Assembly (NCBI GenBank): GCA_029782095.1
Contig: JAKOVL010000079.1
Span: forward strand, 8,240-72,239
Origin: Bacillota bacterium
GTDB lineage: Bacteria > Bacillota > Dethiobacteria > DTU022
DNA length: 64,000 nucleotides
Reading direction: 5' to 3'
The translations under genes and the position numbers were made by a program. Of the stretch, positions 19,081 to 29,099 are shown piece after piece (position 1 is the first letter of the stretch; the number at the start of each line of letters is the position of its first letter). A model generated the notes under the pieces. It saw only the letters and a program-made list of their open reading frames with translations, made no database searches and was not told the DNA's origin.

Positions 19081-20289
19081 ATGACTGTGGCTAAATTTAA
19101 CACCATCGATGAAGCCCTGGAAGAGCTGAAAGCGGGACGTATGATTGTCGTGGTCGACGATGAAGACCGTGAAAACGAAGGAGACCTGGTCATGGCTGCT
19201 TCAAAGGCTACGCCGGAAGCAATCAATTTCATGATCTGCCAGGGTCGCGGGCTGGTTTGCGTGCCCCTGACCGCTGAGCGGCTGCGGGAGCTGGATCTGC
19301 CCCAGATGGTCAGCCGCAATACCGATAGCCATGAAACAGCCTTTACTGTTTCCGTTGACGCCCATGATGTCAGCACGGGAATTTCCGCCCAGGAGCGGGC
19401 CCGGACCATCAGGGCGCTGGTTGACCCGGCCACCAGGCCCTCAGACCTGCGCCGCCCCGGGCATATATTCCCCCTGCAGGCCAAGGAGGGCGGCGTGCTG
19501 CGCCGGGCCGGACACACGGAGGCGGCGGTGGACCTGGCGCGGATGGCGGGCCTGGAGCCGGCGGGCGTCATCTGCGAGATTATCAATGAAGACGGCACCA
19601 TGGCCAGGGTGCCGCAGCTGATGGAATTCTGCAAGCAGCACCAGTTGAAGATAATTACCATCGCCGACCTGATCCAATACCGCATGAAAAAAGAGAAGCT
19701 GGTCTGGCGCTCGGCTACGGCCAGTTTGCCTACCGTGCACGGCAATTTCACCTTGATCGCTTATGAAAACAGCGTTGACGGACAAACCCATTTGGCCCTG
19801 GTCAAAGGGGAAATTGACCCCGAACAGCCGGTCTTGGTAAGGGTTCATTCGGAATGCCTGACCGGAGATGTTCTCGGCTCCCTGCGCTGCGACTGCGGCA
19901 ACCAGCTGCACCAGGCCCTGAAACAGATCAATGAGCACGGCAGCGGCGTTCTGTTGTACATGCGCCAGGAGGGCCGGGGCATCGGCCTGTTGAACAAACT
20001 GCGGGCGTACGAACTGCAGGACCAGGGGAAAGATACCGTTGAGGCCAATGAAGCCCTCGGGTTCGAGGCCGACCTGCGCGATTATGGCGTGGGGGCGCAG
20101 ATTTTGGTTGACTTAGGCGTGCGGCAAATCCGCCTGTTGACCAACAATCCGCGAAAAATTAAAGGGCTGGAAGGATACGGGTTAAATATTGTGGAGCGGG
20201 TTCCCATCGAGATCCCCCCCTGCGATTATAACAGCCGCTACCTGGCTACCAAAAAGTGCAAACTGGGCCATTACCTGGAGCTGCCATAG
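19081..20289 (+). CDS. ribBA: Bifunctional 3,4-dihydroxy-2-butanone-4-phosphate synthase / GTP cyclohydrolase II
   Basis: 402 aa. [11 protein letters not shown] in the DHBP synthase half, and HSECLTGD...CDCG in the GCH II half. Confidence 0.92.
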   Translation: MTVAKFNTIDEALEELKAGRMIVVVDDEDRENEGDLVMAASKATPEAINFMICQGRGLVCVPLTAERLRELDLPQMVSRNTDSHETAFTVSVDAHDVSTGISAQERARTIRALVDPATRPSDLRRPGHIFPLQAKEGGVLRRAGHTEAAVDLARMAGLEPAGVICEIINEDGTMARVPQLMEFCKQHQLKIITIADLIQYRMKKEKLVWRSATASLPTVHGNFTLIAYENSVDGQTHLALVKGEIDPEQPVLVRVHSECLTGDVLGSLRCDCGNQLHQALKQINEHGSGVLLYMRQEGRGIGLLNKLRAYELQDQGKDTVEANEALGFEADLRDYGVGAQILVDLGVRQIRLLTNNPRKIKGLEGYGLNIVERVPIEIPPCDYNSRYLATKKCKLGHYLELP

Positions 20290-20404
20290 ATCGGATACAG
20301 AAGAAAAACGGGAAAGAGCGGAGTAGTGGTGGCAGCAAGCAGCCTGTAACCGGTGTTCGTGGATTTAAATTAACCCATGCAAAATTGGAACAGGTGAGCC
20401 AGCC

Positions 20405-20660
20405 TGTTCCCTCCCCCCTGGTGGGATGATCCGGGCACACACTTAACACCGGGAAGCGAAAAAAAGAATGATTACGCGCTGAAAGTCCCCCTTTTCTAAA
20501 GGGGGATTTAGGGGGATTATCAATACCTGCAAAACCACGGTGTTAAAATAGAGTTGCCATAATAAGATAGGGAACACCACCCCTGGTGTCAAGTGTGGGT
20601 AAAAACTACCCTGGTGGGGGAGGCCAGGGATGGGGGGGAGGGTGAAGAACCCTCCCGGTA
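20405..20660 (+). repeat. Composite GC-rich palindromic repeat, locus D; a type I unit that appears split by an insertion
   Basis: Left half CCCTCCCCCCTGGTGGG (20409-20425). Right half CCCTGGTGGGGGAGGccagggatgggggggaggg (20609-20643). Joining the halves across one copy of CCCTGGTGGG recreates the type I unit seen at 25791-25827. Confidence 0.7.
20426..20608. mobile_element. Candidate MITE-like insertion (about 183 bp) nested in the type I repeat, flanked by the 10-bp direct duplication CCCTGGTGGG
   Basis: Direct repeats lie at 20416-20425 and 20609-20618. Imperfect inverted ends are CACACTTAACACCGGG (20438-20453) and CCCCTGGTGTCAAGTGTG (20580-20597). An internal hairpin CCCCCTTTtctAAAGGGGG lies at about 20488-20506. 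No ORF. Confidence 0.5.
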
Positions 20661-20780
20661 GTTGCCGGCGGCCACTGCCGTAAGAATGTCGGAGAACGGA
20701 TAGATGTTATCGTCTTTATGTGGCTAAATTTAAAGAAAAGGTAGGTAAGCCTGCAACGAAACTGCAAAGGAGGAATAAAT

Positions 20781-21260
20781 ATGAAAACTTACGAAGGACA
20801 ACTGGTGGCCCGGGATTATCGCTTTGCCATTGTGATCAGCCGTTTTAACGAGTTCATATCTCACCGGCTGCTGGGAGGGGCGCTGGATGCCCTCAAGCGG
20901 CATGACGCGATGGAAGAAAACATTGAAGTGATCTGGGTGCCCGGTGCTTTCGAAGTACCTTTAATGGCCCAGAAAGCAGCCAAAAGCGGCCGTTTTGACG
21001 CGGTGATCTGCCTGGGAGCGGTCATCCGCGGCAGTACGCCCCATTTTGAGTACGTGGCCGCCGAGGTATCCAAAGGTATTGCCAAAGTTAGCCTCGATAC
21101 CGGGGTACCCGTGATTTTCGGCATTATTACCTCCGATACCCTGGAACAGGCCATTGAGAGGGCCGGTTCAAAAGCCGGCAACAAGGGTTGGGACGCCGCT
21201 GTCAGCGCCATCGAGATGGCCGACCTCATTCACCGGGTGAATGCAGCCGGGTCTCTTTAA
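20781..21260 (+). CDS. ribH: 6,7-dimethyl-8-ribityllumazine synthase
   Basis: 159 aa. ...[12 protein letters not shown]...WVPGAFE.P...IRG.T.HFEYV.... RBS AAAGGAGG at 20767-20774. Confidence 0.93.
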   Translation: MKTYEGQLVARDYRFAIVISRFNEFISHRLLGGALDALKRHDAMEENIEVIWVPGAFEVPLMAQKAAKSGRFDAVICLGAVIRGSTPHFEYVAAEVSKGIAKVSLDTGVPVIFGIITSDTLEQAIERAGSKAGNKGWDAAVSAIEMADLIHRVNAAGSL

Positions 21261-21513
21261 GCGAAGCAGAGCCTACGGCAAATCCCAGTCCCCAGGTAAA
21301 AAGGATCTGCCGGGTTAGCGCCTCCTGCAGGGAAGGCTGCGCGGCAATGGCCATCTTCTGCCCCAGGCGGAACAGCGCCTGCTCTTCCAGCAGATCCCAT
21401 AACTCGGTTTCAAAGGTTTCGATTAACTCGTTAAATAGAGCTTCCTGGGCCAACAGGAAGCTCTTTCCTTTTTCAAAATGCTCGTCCAGGTATTTCTGCG
21501 TGCCAAGTTTCAA
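21226..21513 (-). CDS. Hypothetical helical protein (95 aa)
   Basis: TTG start preceded by AAGGAGG at 8-nt spacing. Codon usage resembles neighbouring genes. The 3' end overlaps the ribH 3' end by 35 nt (convergent). No family recognised. Confidence 0.4.
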   Translation of the reverse strand: MKLGTQKYLDEHFEKGKSFLLAQEALFNELIETFETELWDLLEEQALFRLGQKMAIAAQPSLQEALTRQILFTWGLGFAVGSASLKETRLHSPGE

Positions 21514-21681
21514 ATGGGAGTCCTCCTTTAACCGCTGTGAACCTTTACCCGCATATCCGCGAGTGTTTTGATCAAATGGCGGATAGAACCGTAAGGATGG
21601 CAGGCAGCGAAATTTATGGCAATTTTATTGTTTCCCTTTTCGGGAAAAATAAAACCACTAATCACAGCGGAGGTGAGACCC

Positions 21682-21858
21682 TTGTCCATTCCCTGCAAAG
21701 CGCGGTGCATGAACCAGCGCAACAATCAATGCCTGCTGGATGATGAAAGGATCCGCCAGAGCCGGGTTGAATTTGGCGAGGATTGGGACCCGGCCAACCA
21801 GTGCGTGGGGTACCAGCCCCGCAAAGAAAAAGAATCGGCCAAAAGACGCAAGCGGTAA
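21682..21858 (+). CDS. Hypothetical small Cys-containing basic protein (58 aa)
   Basis: An in-frame TTG at 21682 lies 8 nt after GGAGG (21669-21673). The sequence is SIPCKARCMNQRNNQCLLDDERIRQSRVEFGEDWDPANQCVGYQPRKEKESAKRRKR. It is followed by a strong terminator. The start choice is uncertain; the track ORF starts at 21616. Confidence 0.4.
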   Translation: MSIPCKARCMNQRNNQCLLDDERIRQSRVEFGEDWDPANQCVGYQPRKEKESAKRRKR

Positions 21859-21897
21859 GTTTGTGTATTTTTATTTTCCGCGACCGGGCGCTGCAAG

Positions 21898-21944
21898 TTA
21901 ACTCCTCAGCCTTAAGTTTTACCGGGCTGAGGAGTTAATTTTTC
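21898..21944 (+). terminator. Rho-independent terminator
   Basis: TTAACTCCTCAGCC-loop-GGCTGAGGAGTTAA (14-bp stem) followed by TTTTTC. Confidence 0.85.
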
Positions 21945-22075
21945 TGTGGCAGGCAGCGCCTACTGGCAGGGCCGCTGTCTTCAGCAAGAGCGGAGCGATC
22001 CCTTCTTTTGCGCTGCCCGGGGTTTGCCCAACGGCGACCGCTCAATAATACTGGTAATAACTGTGTTGCTATGCT

Positions 22076-24793
22076 ATGATAATGGATAGCATTCAGGCAA
22101 AGGAGCAAAAACCAGTGGAAGCAGAGGCGCGCAAGAAATTTTTAATCATTGACGGAAACAGCCTCATTTATCGCGCTTTTTACGCCCTGCCCCTTTTGCA
22201 GAGCAGCCGCGGCGAGCATACCAATGCCACCTACGGCTTTACCAATATGCTGCTCAAATTGCTGGAGGAAGAGAAGCCGCACTACCTGGTTGTGGCCATG
22301 GATCATCCGGCCCCCTCTTTTCGCCACGGGTTATATGCTGAATACAAGGGCCACCGGGAAAAAACTCCCGATGAGCTGCGCGAACAGGTGCAGCGCATCA
22401 GGGATATTCTCGAAGCGATGCACGTGACCGTCCTGGAAGTGGAGGGTTACGAGGCCGATGATATCATTGGAACCCTGAGCGCCCTCGCCGGCAAGTCGCA
22501 CCTGGAAACCACGGTGGTTACCGGCGATGCGGACCTGCTGCAGCTGGTGGGCGATGAAGGGGTTACGGTCATGCTGACCCGCAAGGGGATCACCCAGATG
22601 GACCGCTATGATCGGGATAAGCTGGCCGAGCGCTACGGCCTGGAGCCGTCGCAAATGATCGACTACAAGGCCTTGAAAGGGGACCCCTCGGATAATATCC
22701 CCGGCGTCCCCGGCATCGGGGACAAGACAGCCCGCCGCCTGCTGCAGGAGCACGGCACCCTGGAGCGCCTTTATGAAAACCTGGACAAACTGGGCGGCAA
22801 GCTGCGGCAAAACCTGGAGCAGTACCGTGATCAGCTTTTTACCGGCCGCAGGCTGGTTGCCCTATGCCGCGATGTGCCCCTGCCCTTTACCCTGGAGCAG
22901 TATAGCTTTGCGCCCGATTACCGCCGCCTGGCGGAGCTCTTTGCAGAGCTTGAATTTAAAAGCTTATCCGCCAGGGTGAAACAGCTGCTGCCCGAATCTC
23001 CATCCCCGGAGAGCAACATCTGTCTTGAGGGCGAGAAGGTTCGTTCCGCTGCCGACCTGGTCCGGCTGCTGGAGGGGATCCCGGCAGATGGCGTCCTGGT
23101 AGTCCTGGTGGAGCCGCCCGCCGGGCGCCCTTACTGGCGGGAACCGCTGGCAGTAATCGCCCTGGCGCCGGACCGTAAAAAAGGTTATTATTTAAACCTG
23201 GAAAAATTTAAACCCGGTGAAGAGGCCGCCTGGAAGGCCCTGGCCCGGGTTTGGGAGCGGGGTGTGACCGTCTGCTGCCACGACGGCAAGTACCTGGCCA
23301 ACTACCTGCACCATCGCGGGCTCAAGGAACCGCCCCGCATCTTCGATATTCGGCTGGCTGCTTATTTGCTGGATCCGGCCCGCAGCAGTTACGATTTGCC
23401 CTACCTGCTTCAGCAGTACCTAAATCTCAAGGTGGCGGTGGAGGAAAAGGGCGGCCGTAAAACGCCCCGGGACCCGGAGCAGGAAGGCCTGCGGCTGGCT
23501 TCCTGGGCCTGCAGCCTGATTGAGCTAAAAGAAAAGCTGGAACAGCGCCTGGCGGAACATTCACTGGATAAGCTCTACTACGATCTGGAACTGCCCCTGG
23601 CCGGGGTCCTGGCCCGCATGGAGCGCCGGGGCATGGCCGTGGATTTAACGTTTTTACAAGACTATGCTGCGGAGATCCACAGCCGCGTCGAAACCCTGGA
23701 GGATGAAATTTATCGTCTCGCCGGGGAGCGGTTTAACCTTAATTCTCCACAGCAGCTTTCGGCCATTCTTTTTGAAAAGCTTAAGCTTCCGGTAATCCGG
23801 AAAACCAAGACCGGCTTCTCCACCGACGCTAAAGTGCTGGAAGAGCTGGCGCCCCATCACGAAATCGTGGAGAAGATACTCTATTACCGGCAGCTGATCA
23901 AGCTGGAAGGGACTTACCTGTCAGGGCTGGCCCCGCTGGTGGATCCGGTCAAGAAAAAAATATACACCACGCTGAATCAAACGGTCACCGCTACGGGGCG
24001 GCTGAGCAGCAGCGAGCCCAACCTGCAGAACATCCCCATACGCATGGAGGAGGGGCGCCGCATCCGCCGCGCCTTTGTCCCTTCACAAAAGGGTTATATT
24101 TTTTTAACCGCTGATTATTCCCAGATTGAGCTGCGTGTTCTGGCCCATTTATCCCAGGATCCGATCCTGCTGGAAGCATTCCGCCAGGACCAGGATATCC
24201 ACCGGCGCACCGCTGCCGAGGTCTTTCGCGTCCCCCCGGAAGAGGTCACTGAGGCCATGCGCAAGAAAGCCAAGGCGGTGAACTTCGGCATCATCTATGG
24301 CATCAGCGACTATGGCCTGGCCCAAAGCCTGGGAGTTTCCCGCCAGGAGGCGCGCCAATATATTGACAGCTATTTTGAACGCTACCAGGGAGTAAAGCAG
24401 TACACCCGCCGGGTCATCGAGGAAGCCCGTGAGCGCGGCTTTGTCACCACCCTGCTGTCGCGGCGCCGCTACCTGCCTGAGCTGCGCTCCAGCCATTACG
24501 GACGGCGCAGTTTTGCCGAGCGGATTGCTCGCAACACGCCGATCCAGGGATCGGCGGCCGATATAATCAAAATAGCCATGCTGCGCATTGACGAGGTTAT
24601 CCGCCAGGGTGGATTTAAGGCGGCGATGCTGCTGCAGATCCACGACGAGCTGCTATTTGAGCTGCCCGAAGAAGAGCTGCCCTTTTTTGCCCCCGTGCTC
24701 CGGCGGGAAATGGAGCAGGCCATCAGCCTCAATGTCCCCCTGAAGGTGGATCTGCAGTGGGGCCGCAACTGGGATGAACTGCAGCCCCTTTAG
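22076..24793 (+). CDS. polA: DNA polymerase I
   Basis: 905 aa. 5'-nuclease domain (IIDGNSLIYRAF), pol motif A DYSQIELRVLAH, motif B KAKAVNFGIIYG and motif C QIHDELLFE. Confidence 0.95.
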   Translation: MIMDSIQAKEQKPVEAEARKKFLIIDGNSLIYRAFYALPLLQSSRGEHTNATYGFTNMLLKLLEEEKPHYLVVAMDHPAPSFRHGLYAEYKGHREKTPDELREQVQRIRDILEAMHVTVLEVEGYEADDIIGTLSALAGKSHLETTVVTGDADLLQLVGDEGVTVMLTRKGITQMDRYDRDKLAERYGLEPSQMIDYKALKGDPSDNIPGVPGIGDKTARRLLQEHGTLERLYENLDKLGGKLRQNLEQYRDQLFTGRRLVALCRDVPLPFTLEQYSFAPDYRRLAELFAELEFKSLSARVKQLLPESPSPESNICLEGEKVRSAADLVRLLEGIPADGVLVVLVEPPAGRPYWREPLAVIALAPDRKKGYYLNLEKFKPGEEAAWKALARVWERGVTVCCHDGKYLANYLHHRGLKEPPRIFDIRLAAYLLDPARSSYDLPYLLQQYLNLKVAVEEKGGRKTPRDPEQEGLRLASWACSLIELKEKLEQRLAEHSLDKLYYDLELPLAGVLARMERRGMAVDLTFLQDYAAEIHSRVETLEDEIYRLAGERFNLNSPQQLSAILFEKLKLPVIRKTKTGFSTDAKVLEELAPHHEIVEKILYYRQLIKLEGTYLSGLAPLVDPVKKKIYTTLNQTVTATGRLSSSEPNLQNIPIRMEEGRRIRRAFVPSQKGYIFLTADYSQIELRVLAHLSQDPILLEAFRQDQDIHRRTAAEVFRVPPEEVTEAMRKKAKAVNFGIIYGISDYGLAQSLGVSRQEARQYIDSYFERYQGVKQYTRRVIEEARERGFVTTLLSRRRYLPELRSSHYGRRSFAERIARNTPIQGSAADIIKIAMLRIDEVIRQGGFKAAMLLQIHDELLFELPEEELPFFAPVLRREMEQAISLNVPLKVDLQWGRNWDELQPL

Positions 24794-24822
24794 CAGGCGC
24801 AGCGCATTTAAGGAGAAAAAGT

Positions 24823-25659
24823 ATGCCTGAACTGCCCGAAGTGGAAACAATCCGGCGGGGCCTGGAGCCGCTGATCGCAAACAAGGTTTTCACCCGCCCC
24901 GTCTTGCTTTTCCCCGGTTCAATTCGCCACCCGGAGCCGGATCGGTTTTGTGAACAGCTGGAAGGCCGCCGCATCATCGCCGTAAAAAGGCATGGCAAAT
25001 ACCTGCTTCTCGAGCTGGATTGCGGCCTTTTGGTCGTGCACCTGCGCATGACCGGGCGCCTGGTGTACCTGGAGAAAGGAGAGCCGCCGTCCGGTCACCT
25101 GAGGGTGGTGCTGCCTTTTCAGGACGGCTCCTTCTTGTATTTTAGCGATATGCGCAAGTTTGGCGGCCTCTGGCTGCTGGAAAGCAAAGATGATCTGTCC
25201 CCGGCGGGAATGCATCGCCTCGGGCCTGACATCTATGAGCAGGTTACGGAGGAGAAGTTTCTGGAGCTGCTGCAAAAGAGGCCCCGGGCGCGGCTTAAGC
25301 CCCTTCTGTTGGATCAGCTTTTCGTGGCCGGACTGGGCAATATCTACGTGGATGAAAGTCTGCACCGCTGCCGCCTTCATCCCTGCCGGGAAGCGGGGTC
25401 CCTTTCGCGGGAAGAGGGCAAGGCCCTGTTCCGGGCGATCCGGGCGGTCCTGGAGGAGGGTATTCGCTGCGGGGGGACCAGTTCCCGCGATTACCGCGAT
25501 GCCCGGGGAGAGAAGGGCACCTTCCAGGAGCGGCTGGCTGTTTACGGCCGCAAGGGGTGCCTCTGCCGCTGCGGCGCGGCCATTGAGCGCACCGTGGTGG
25601 CGGGAAGGGGAACCTATTACTGTCCGCGATGCCAGGAGGAGAAGGAAGGACCGCCATGA
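24823..25659 (+). CDS. mutM: Formamidopyrimidine-DNA glycosylase
   Basis: MPELPEVET N-terminus, an H2TH region and a C-terminal zinc finger C.C.CG...YYCPRCQ. Confidence 0.93.
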   Translation: MPELPEVETIRRGLEPLIANKVFTRPVLLFPGSIRHPEPDRFCEQLEGRRIIAVKRHGKYLLLELDCGLLVVHLRMTGRLVYLEKGEPPSGHLRVVLPFQDGSFLYFSDMRKFGGLWLLESKDDLSPAGMHRLGPDIYEQVTEEKFLELLQKRPRARLKPLLLDQLFVAGLGNIYVDESLHRCRLHPCREAGSLSREEGKALFRAIRAVLEEGIRCGGTSSRDYRDARGEKGTFQERLAVYGRKGCLCRCGAAIERTVVAGRGTYYCPRCQEEKEGPP

Positions 25660-25716
25660 GCGTCAATTCAGGCCGGCAGCAAATGTTTCATATTCGGGGG
25701 CGGGGATGAACTATTT

Positions 25717-25830
25717 TCCCCCTCTCCCTAGCCCTCTCCCACCGGGGGAGAGGGGAACGCCGAATCCCGGCACCGGTTGGGCAGCATACTCCCTCCCCCC
25801 TGGTGGGGGAGGGCCGGGGTGGGGGGGCGA
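25717..25830 (+). repeat. Composite GC-rich palindromic repeat, locus B. Order is type II hairpin, spacer, type I hairpin.
   Basis: CCCTCTCCC-accg-GGGGAGAGGGG (25732-25755), spacer containing CCGGCACCGGTTGG, then CCCTCCCCCC-tggt-GGGGGAGGG (25791-25813) plus ccggggtggggggg. Collinear with 9365-9486. Confidence 0.85.
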
Positions 25831-25919
25831 ACGCCAGGAGTAATTGGCCTGTTGAATCACAGGATCAGCCCTGCCTCCATATGATAACAGGGCAAGATGT
25901 TACATAGGAGGCAGATCAA

Positions 25920-26552
25920 TTGCTCCCTGGTGTAGTGTGGCTGCTGGCCGTGGCCGTAAGCATTGACGGCTTCAGCGTCGGTTTATCCTGCGGCCTGCGC
26001 AAACTAATTATTCCCTTGCCGTCGCTGCTGGTGATCTGCTGCTCTTCGGCCACGGCGGTGGGAGTGTCGATGCTGCTGGGCAGCGGCGTGGCGCAGCTGC
26101 TGCCGGCGCAGTATGTGGCCGCCTTTGGGCGCGGCATATTGATCTTAATCGGACTTTATGTTACCCTGCAGAATATGATTGAGCCGCGGCGGGAATCCTC
26201 ACCGCCGGAACAAGAAGGGGAGCACGGCAAACCGCGCTCTTTAGCAGCCCTGCTGCGCCGTCCCGAAGACGCCGACCTGGATCGCTCGGGAACCCTCAGT
26301 ATAAAAGAAGCGCTGCTTTTGGGCGCCGCCCTGGCGGCGGACGCTTTTGGAGCCGGGTTTGGAGCGGCGATGATCGGAGCACCGCTGCTGTTTACCGCTC
26401 TGGCCGTGGGACTGGTAAAACTGATCCTGGTACCCCTGGGGGTGCTGGCCGGACGGCTGCTGGCCGACGGCTTTGCCCTGAAATACCCCGGGCTGCTGGG
26501 CGGCCTCCTCCTGGTGGCGATCGGAGCGCTGTCATTTTTGGTGGAGAGGTAA
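25920..26552 (+). CDS. ytaF: YtaF-type sporulation membrane protein (MntP/DUF204-like)
   Basis: 210 aa membrane protein with a TTG start. SIDGFSVG motif. It occupies the same mutM-ytaF-coaE position as in B. subtilis. Confidence 0.7.
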   Translation: MLPGVVWLLAVAVSIDGFSVGLSCGLRKLIIPLPSLLVICCSSATAVGVSMLLGSGVAQLLPAQYVAAFGRGILILIGLYVTLQNMIEPRRESSPPEQEGEHGKPRSLAALLRRPEDADLDRSGTLSIKEALLLGAALAADAFGAGFGAAMIGAPLLFTALAVGLVKLILVPLGVLAGRLLADGFALKYPGLLGGLLLVAIGALSFLVER

Positions 26553-26556
26553 GCAT

Positions 26557-27165
26557 ATGCTTATTATCGGGTTGACCGGAGGAATCGCTGCAGGCAAAAG
26601 CACCGTGGCGGCCATGATGGCGGAAAAGGGAGCGATCGTCCTCGATGCGGATCGCATTGCCCGGGAAGTGGTGGAGCCGGGCAAGCCGGCCTGGCATGAG
26701 ATCGTGGCCTGGCAGGGACCGGGCATTTTGCTTGAGGACGGCTCCATTGATCGCCAGCGGCTGGGCGCCATAGTTTTTAACAATGCGGCGGAGCGGCAGA
26801 AATTAAACCGCATCATCCACCCCAGGGTGGCGCAGGAAATGGCGGCACGCACCGCCCGGATCCGGCAATCCTGCAGCGGGGCGGTGCTGGTTTATGACGT
26901 GCCCCTGCTCATTGAAGCGGGCATGCATCACGCCGTTGACCTGGTGGTGCTGGTTTACGTCAGCCCGGAAATACAGCTGCAGCGCCTGCAGCGGCGGGAC
27001 AACCTTTCCCGCGATAAAGCGCTGGCGCGCATACGGGCCCAAATGCCCCTGGAAGAGAAAAAAAAGTACGCCCACGTCATCATTGACAACAGCGGCTCCC
27101 CGGAGGATACCGCGAACCAGGTGGACAGGCTCTGGCAGAAAATAATTCTTAAGGGCGCTGAATAA
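26557..27165 (+). CDS. coaE: Dephospho-CoA kinase
   Basis: IGLTGGIAAGKST P-loop, ...DADRIAREVVEPG.... 202 aa. Confidence 0.9.
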   Translation: MLIIGLTGGIAAGKSTVAAMMAEKGAIVLDADRIAREVVEPGKPAWHEIVAWQGPGILLEDGSIDRQRLGAIVFNNAAERQKLNRIIHPRVAQEMAARTARIRQSCSGAVLVYDVPLLIEAGMHHAVDLVVLVYVSPEIQLQRLQRRDNLSRDKALARIRAQMPLEEKKKYAHVIIDNSGSPEDTANQVDRLWQKIILKGAE

Positions 27166-27196
27166 AAGCTGCAGCCTGATCATAAATCTTAAGGGC

Positions 27197-27811
27197 ATGA
27201 AAAGGTGGAAAGGCGCGAACAATTTGCTCAAACGATTATTTTACATGATCCTCTTTCTCATCGCTTTTTTTACAGTTTGTTACCTGCTGGCCAGCCCGCG
27301 CCTGGCCAGGCTGTTTTATCCCTTCCATTACCGGGAGCAAATTCTCTCTTCCGCCGCAGCCCATAACCTCGATCCCCTGCTTGTGGCAGCGGTTATTTAT
27401 ACAGAAAGCGGATTCAGGCCCCACGCCGAATCCAGCCGGGGCGCCCGCGGCCTGATGCAGGTGATGCCCTCCACCGCCGAGTGGGTGGCGGAGCGCAGCG
27501 GCATGGCCTATGCCCCGGAAATGCTGCTTGATCCGGCCTATAATATTGAGATTGGCTGCTGGTACCTGGCCGATTTGCTAAAGGTTTTTGGCGGGAACAT
27601 AGCTGCGGCCTTAGCCGCATACAACGGCGGCCGTGCCGCGGTGGGCCGCTGGCTGGAGCAGGGCATCTGGGACGGCAGCGAATCCCGGCTGGAGCAAATA
27701 CCGTTTGGCGAAACTCGCAATTTTGTGCGGCGGGTACTGGAGACCTACGCCAAGTACCAGGAAATTTACCATAACGAGGAGGCATACTATGCATACTGTA
27801 ACACTCATTAG
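27197..27811 (+). CDS. Lytic transglycosylase (SLT domain) with an N-terminal membrane anchor
   Basis: [11 protein letters not shown]....[14 protein letters not shown] and AAYNGG motifs. N-terminal TM helix. Confidence 0.85.
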   Translation: MKRWKGANNLLKRLFYMILFLIAFFTVCYLLASPRLARLFYPFHYREQILSSAAAHNLDPLLVAAVIYTESGFRPHAESSRGARGLMQVMPSTAEWVAERSGMAYAPEMLLDPAYNIEIGCWYLADLLKVFGGNIAAALAAYNGGRAAVGRWLEQGIWDGSESRLEQIPFGETRNFVRRVLETYAKYQEIYHNEEAYYAYCNTH

Positions 27812-28793
27812 AGGAGACGGGGTCGGCCCGGAAATCAGTGAAGCTACCCTAACTGTCCTGGAGGCGACAGGAGTAAAAATTGCCTGGGAAGAGGCCATCG
27901 CCGGCCAGGAGGCCCTGGATAAATACGGCACACCGCTGCCCGAGGCAACGGTGGAGTCAATTAGAAAAAACAAGGTCGGCCTGAAGGGGCCGCTGACAAC
28001 CCCCGTAGGTTCGGGCTTTCGCAGCGTCAACGTGGCCCTGCGCAAAGCGCTGGATCTGTATGTCAATTTGCGCCCGGCAAAGAGCTGGCCCGGCGTGAAA
28101 TCGCCGTTTAAAGAGATCGATCTGGTGGTGGTGCGGGAAAACACTGAAGATCTGTATGCCGGCGTGGAGCACATGGTCGGAAACGATGCGGCGGAAAGCA
28201 TTAAGATTATCACCCGGCAGGCCTCCGAGCGGGTGGTCCGCTTTGCTTTTGAGTATGCCTTGAAACATGGCCGCAAGAAAGTAACCGCAGTCCATAAGGC
28301 CAATATTTTAAAACTAAGCGACGGCCTTTTCCTGGAAGCAGCGCGCCAGGTGGCGGAAAGCTATCCTGCGGTTGAGTTCGAGGATCGCATCGTCGACAAC
28401 ATGGCCATGCAGCTGGTGCAAAAACCGCTCCTTTACGATGTGCTGGTCATGCCCAATCTTTACGGGGACATCCTTTCCGACCTCTGTGCGGGACTGGTCG
28501 GCGGCCTGGGATTGGCTCCGGGAGCCAATATTGGGGATGATGCGGCGGTGTTCGAACCGGTGCATGGCAGTGCCCCCAAGTACAGGGGGGCCAACAAGGT
28601 TAACCCGGCAGCCATGATCCTCTCGGCAGTGCTGATGTTAAGGCATCTGGGCGAAATGGAAGCTGCCGCGCGGATCGAAACAGCACTGAAAGCGGTGCTT
28701 GAAGAAGGCCGCCATGTTACTTATGACCTGGGCGGCAGCGCCGGTACGCAGGAAATGGCCCGGGCCATCGCCGCGCGAATCAAGGCCGGGTAA
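27789..28793 (+). CDS. icd: NAD-type isocitrate dehydrogenase (isocitrate/isopropylmalate dehydrogenase family)
   Basis: [16 protein letters not shown]..., [30 protein letters not shown] and [30 protein letters not shown] closely resemble IDH3-like NAD-IDH. The ATG at 27789 follows GAGGAGG. The longer track ORF (27633) overlaps the SLT gene. Confidence 0.8.
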   Translation: MHTVTLIRGDGVGPEISEATLTVLEATGVKIAWEEAIAGQEALDKYGTPLPEATVESIRKNKVGLKGPLTTPVGSGFRSVNVALRKALDLYVNLRPAKSWPGVKSPFKEIDLVVVRENTEDLYAGVEHMVGNDAAESIKIITRQASERVVRFAFEYALKHGRKKVTAVHKANILKLSDGLFLEAARQVAESYPAVEFEDRIVDNMAMQLVQKPLLYDVLVMPNLYGDILSDLCAGLVGGLGLAPGANIGDDAAVFEPVHGSAPKYRGANKVNPAAMILSAVLMLRHLGEMEAAARIETALKAVLEEGRHVTYDLGGSAGTQEMARAIAARIKAG

Positions 28794-28796
28794 AAA

Positions 28797-28838
28797 CGGG
28801 AGTCTCCCGCGTTCGCGCGCTACGCGGGAGACTCACCG
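28797..28838 (-). terminator. Hairpin terminator (T-run on the minus strand; may serve both convergent genes)
   Basis: GGGAGTCTCCCGCG-loop-CGCGGGAGACTC. The minus-strand reading is followed by CCGTTTTTA. Confidence 0.6.
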
Positions 28839-28913
28839 GGCCTTGTGCCATTGGCATGCAGCGGTTCAGGTCATGGGAGTGTATCCTTCAAGGCTCAATG
28901 GTCCACTATTGTC

Positions 28914-29099
28914 CTAAAGCAGCGGGGCATTGTCATCAAAATTAAATGCGGGTTTGTGATCCCGCGGGGGCTCGCCTGACTTCCTGTTTCCCGGAAGCTC
29001 CACCCCCAGTTCGCGGGCTATTTCTTCGCGGTATTTTTGCAGCTTCATTTTGTCGATGTTTCTTTTTTGCTTCCGCCCCTTATTGAATTTCTTGGCCAC
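28914..29099 (-). CDS. Small basic protein with a SASP-like first motif (61 aa)
   Basis: GTG start after AAGGAGGG. The segment REEIARELGV fits all but the first position of the alpha/beta-type small acid-soluble spore protein signature K-x-E-[LIV]-A-x-[DE]-[LIVMF]-G-[LIVMF]. The second SASP signature is absent. Confidence 0.5.
   Translation of the reverse strand: MAKKFNKGRKQKRNIDKMKLQKYREEIARELGVELPGNRKSGEPPRDHKPAFNFDDNAPLL

Noticed and set aside
21528-21725. 65-aa minus-strand ORF upstream of the 95-aa ORF; briefly considered as a PadR-like fragment.
   Set aside because: None of its possible starts has an RBS. Its codon usage is weaker and it overlaps the better-supported plus-strand small ORF (RBS plus terminator). 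The PadR resemblance did not hold when the motif was compared position by position.
27633-27788. Upstream extension of the isocitrate dehydrogenase ORF.
   Set aside because: It overlaps the lytic transglycosylase gene in another frame. The conserved IDH N-terminus ([16 protein letters not shown]), with its own RBS, starts at 27789.
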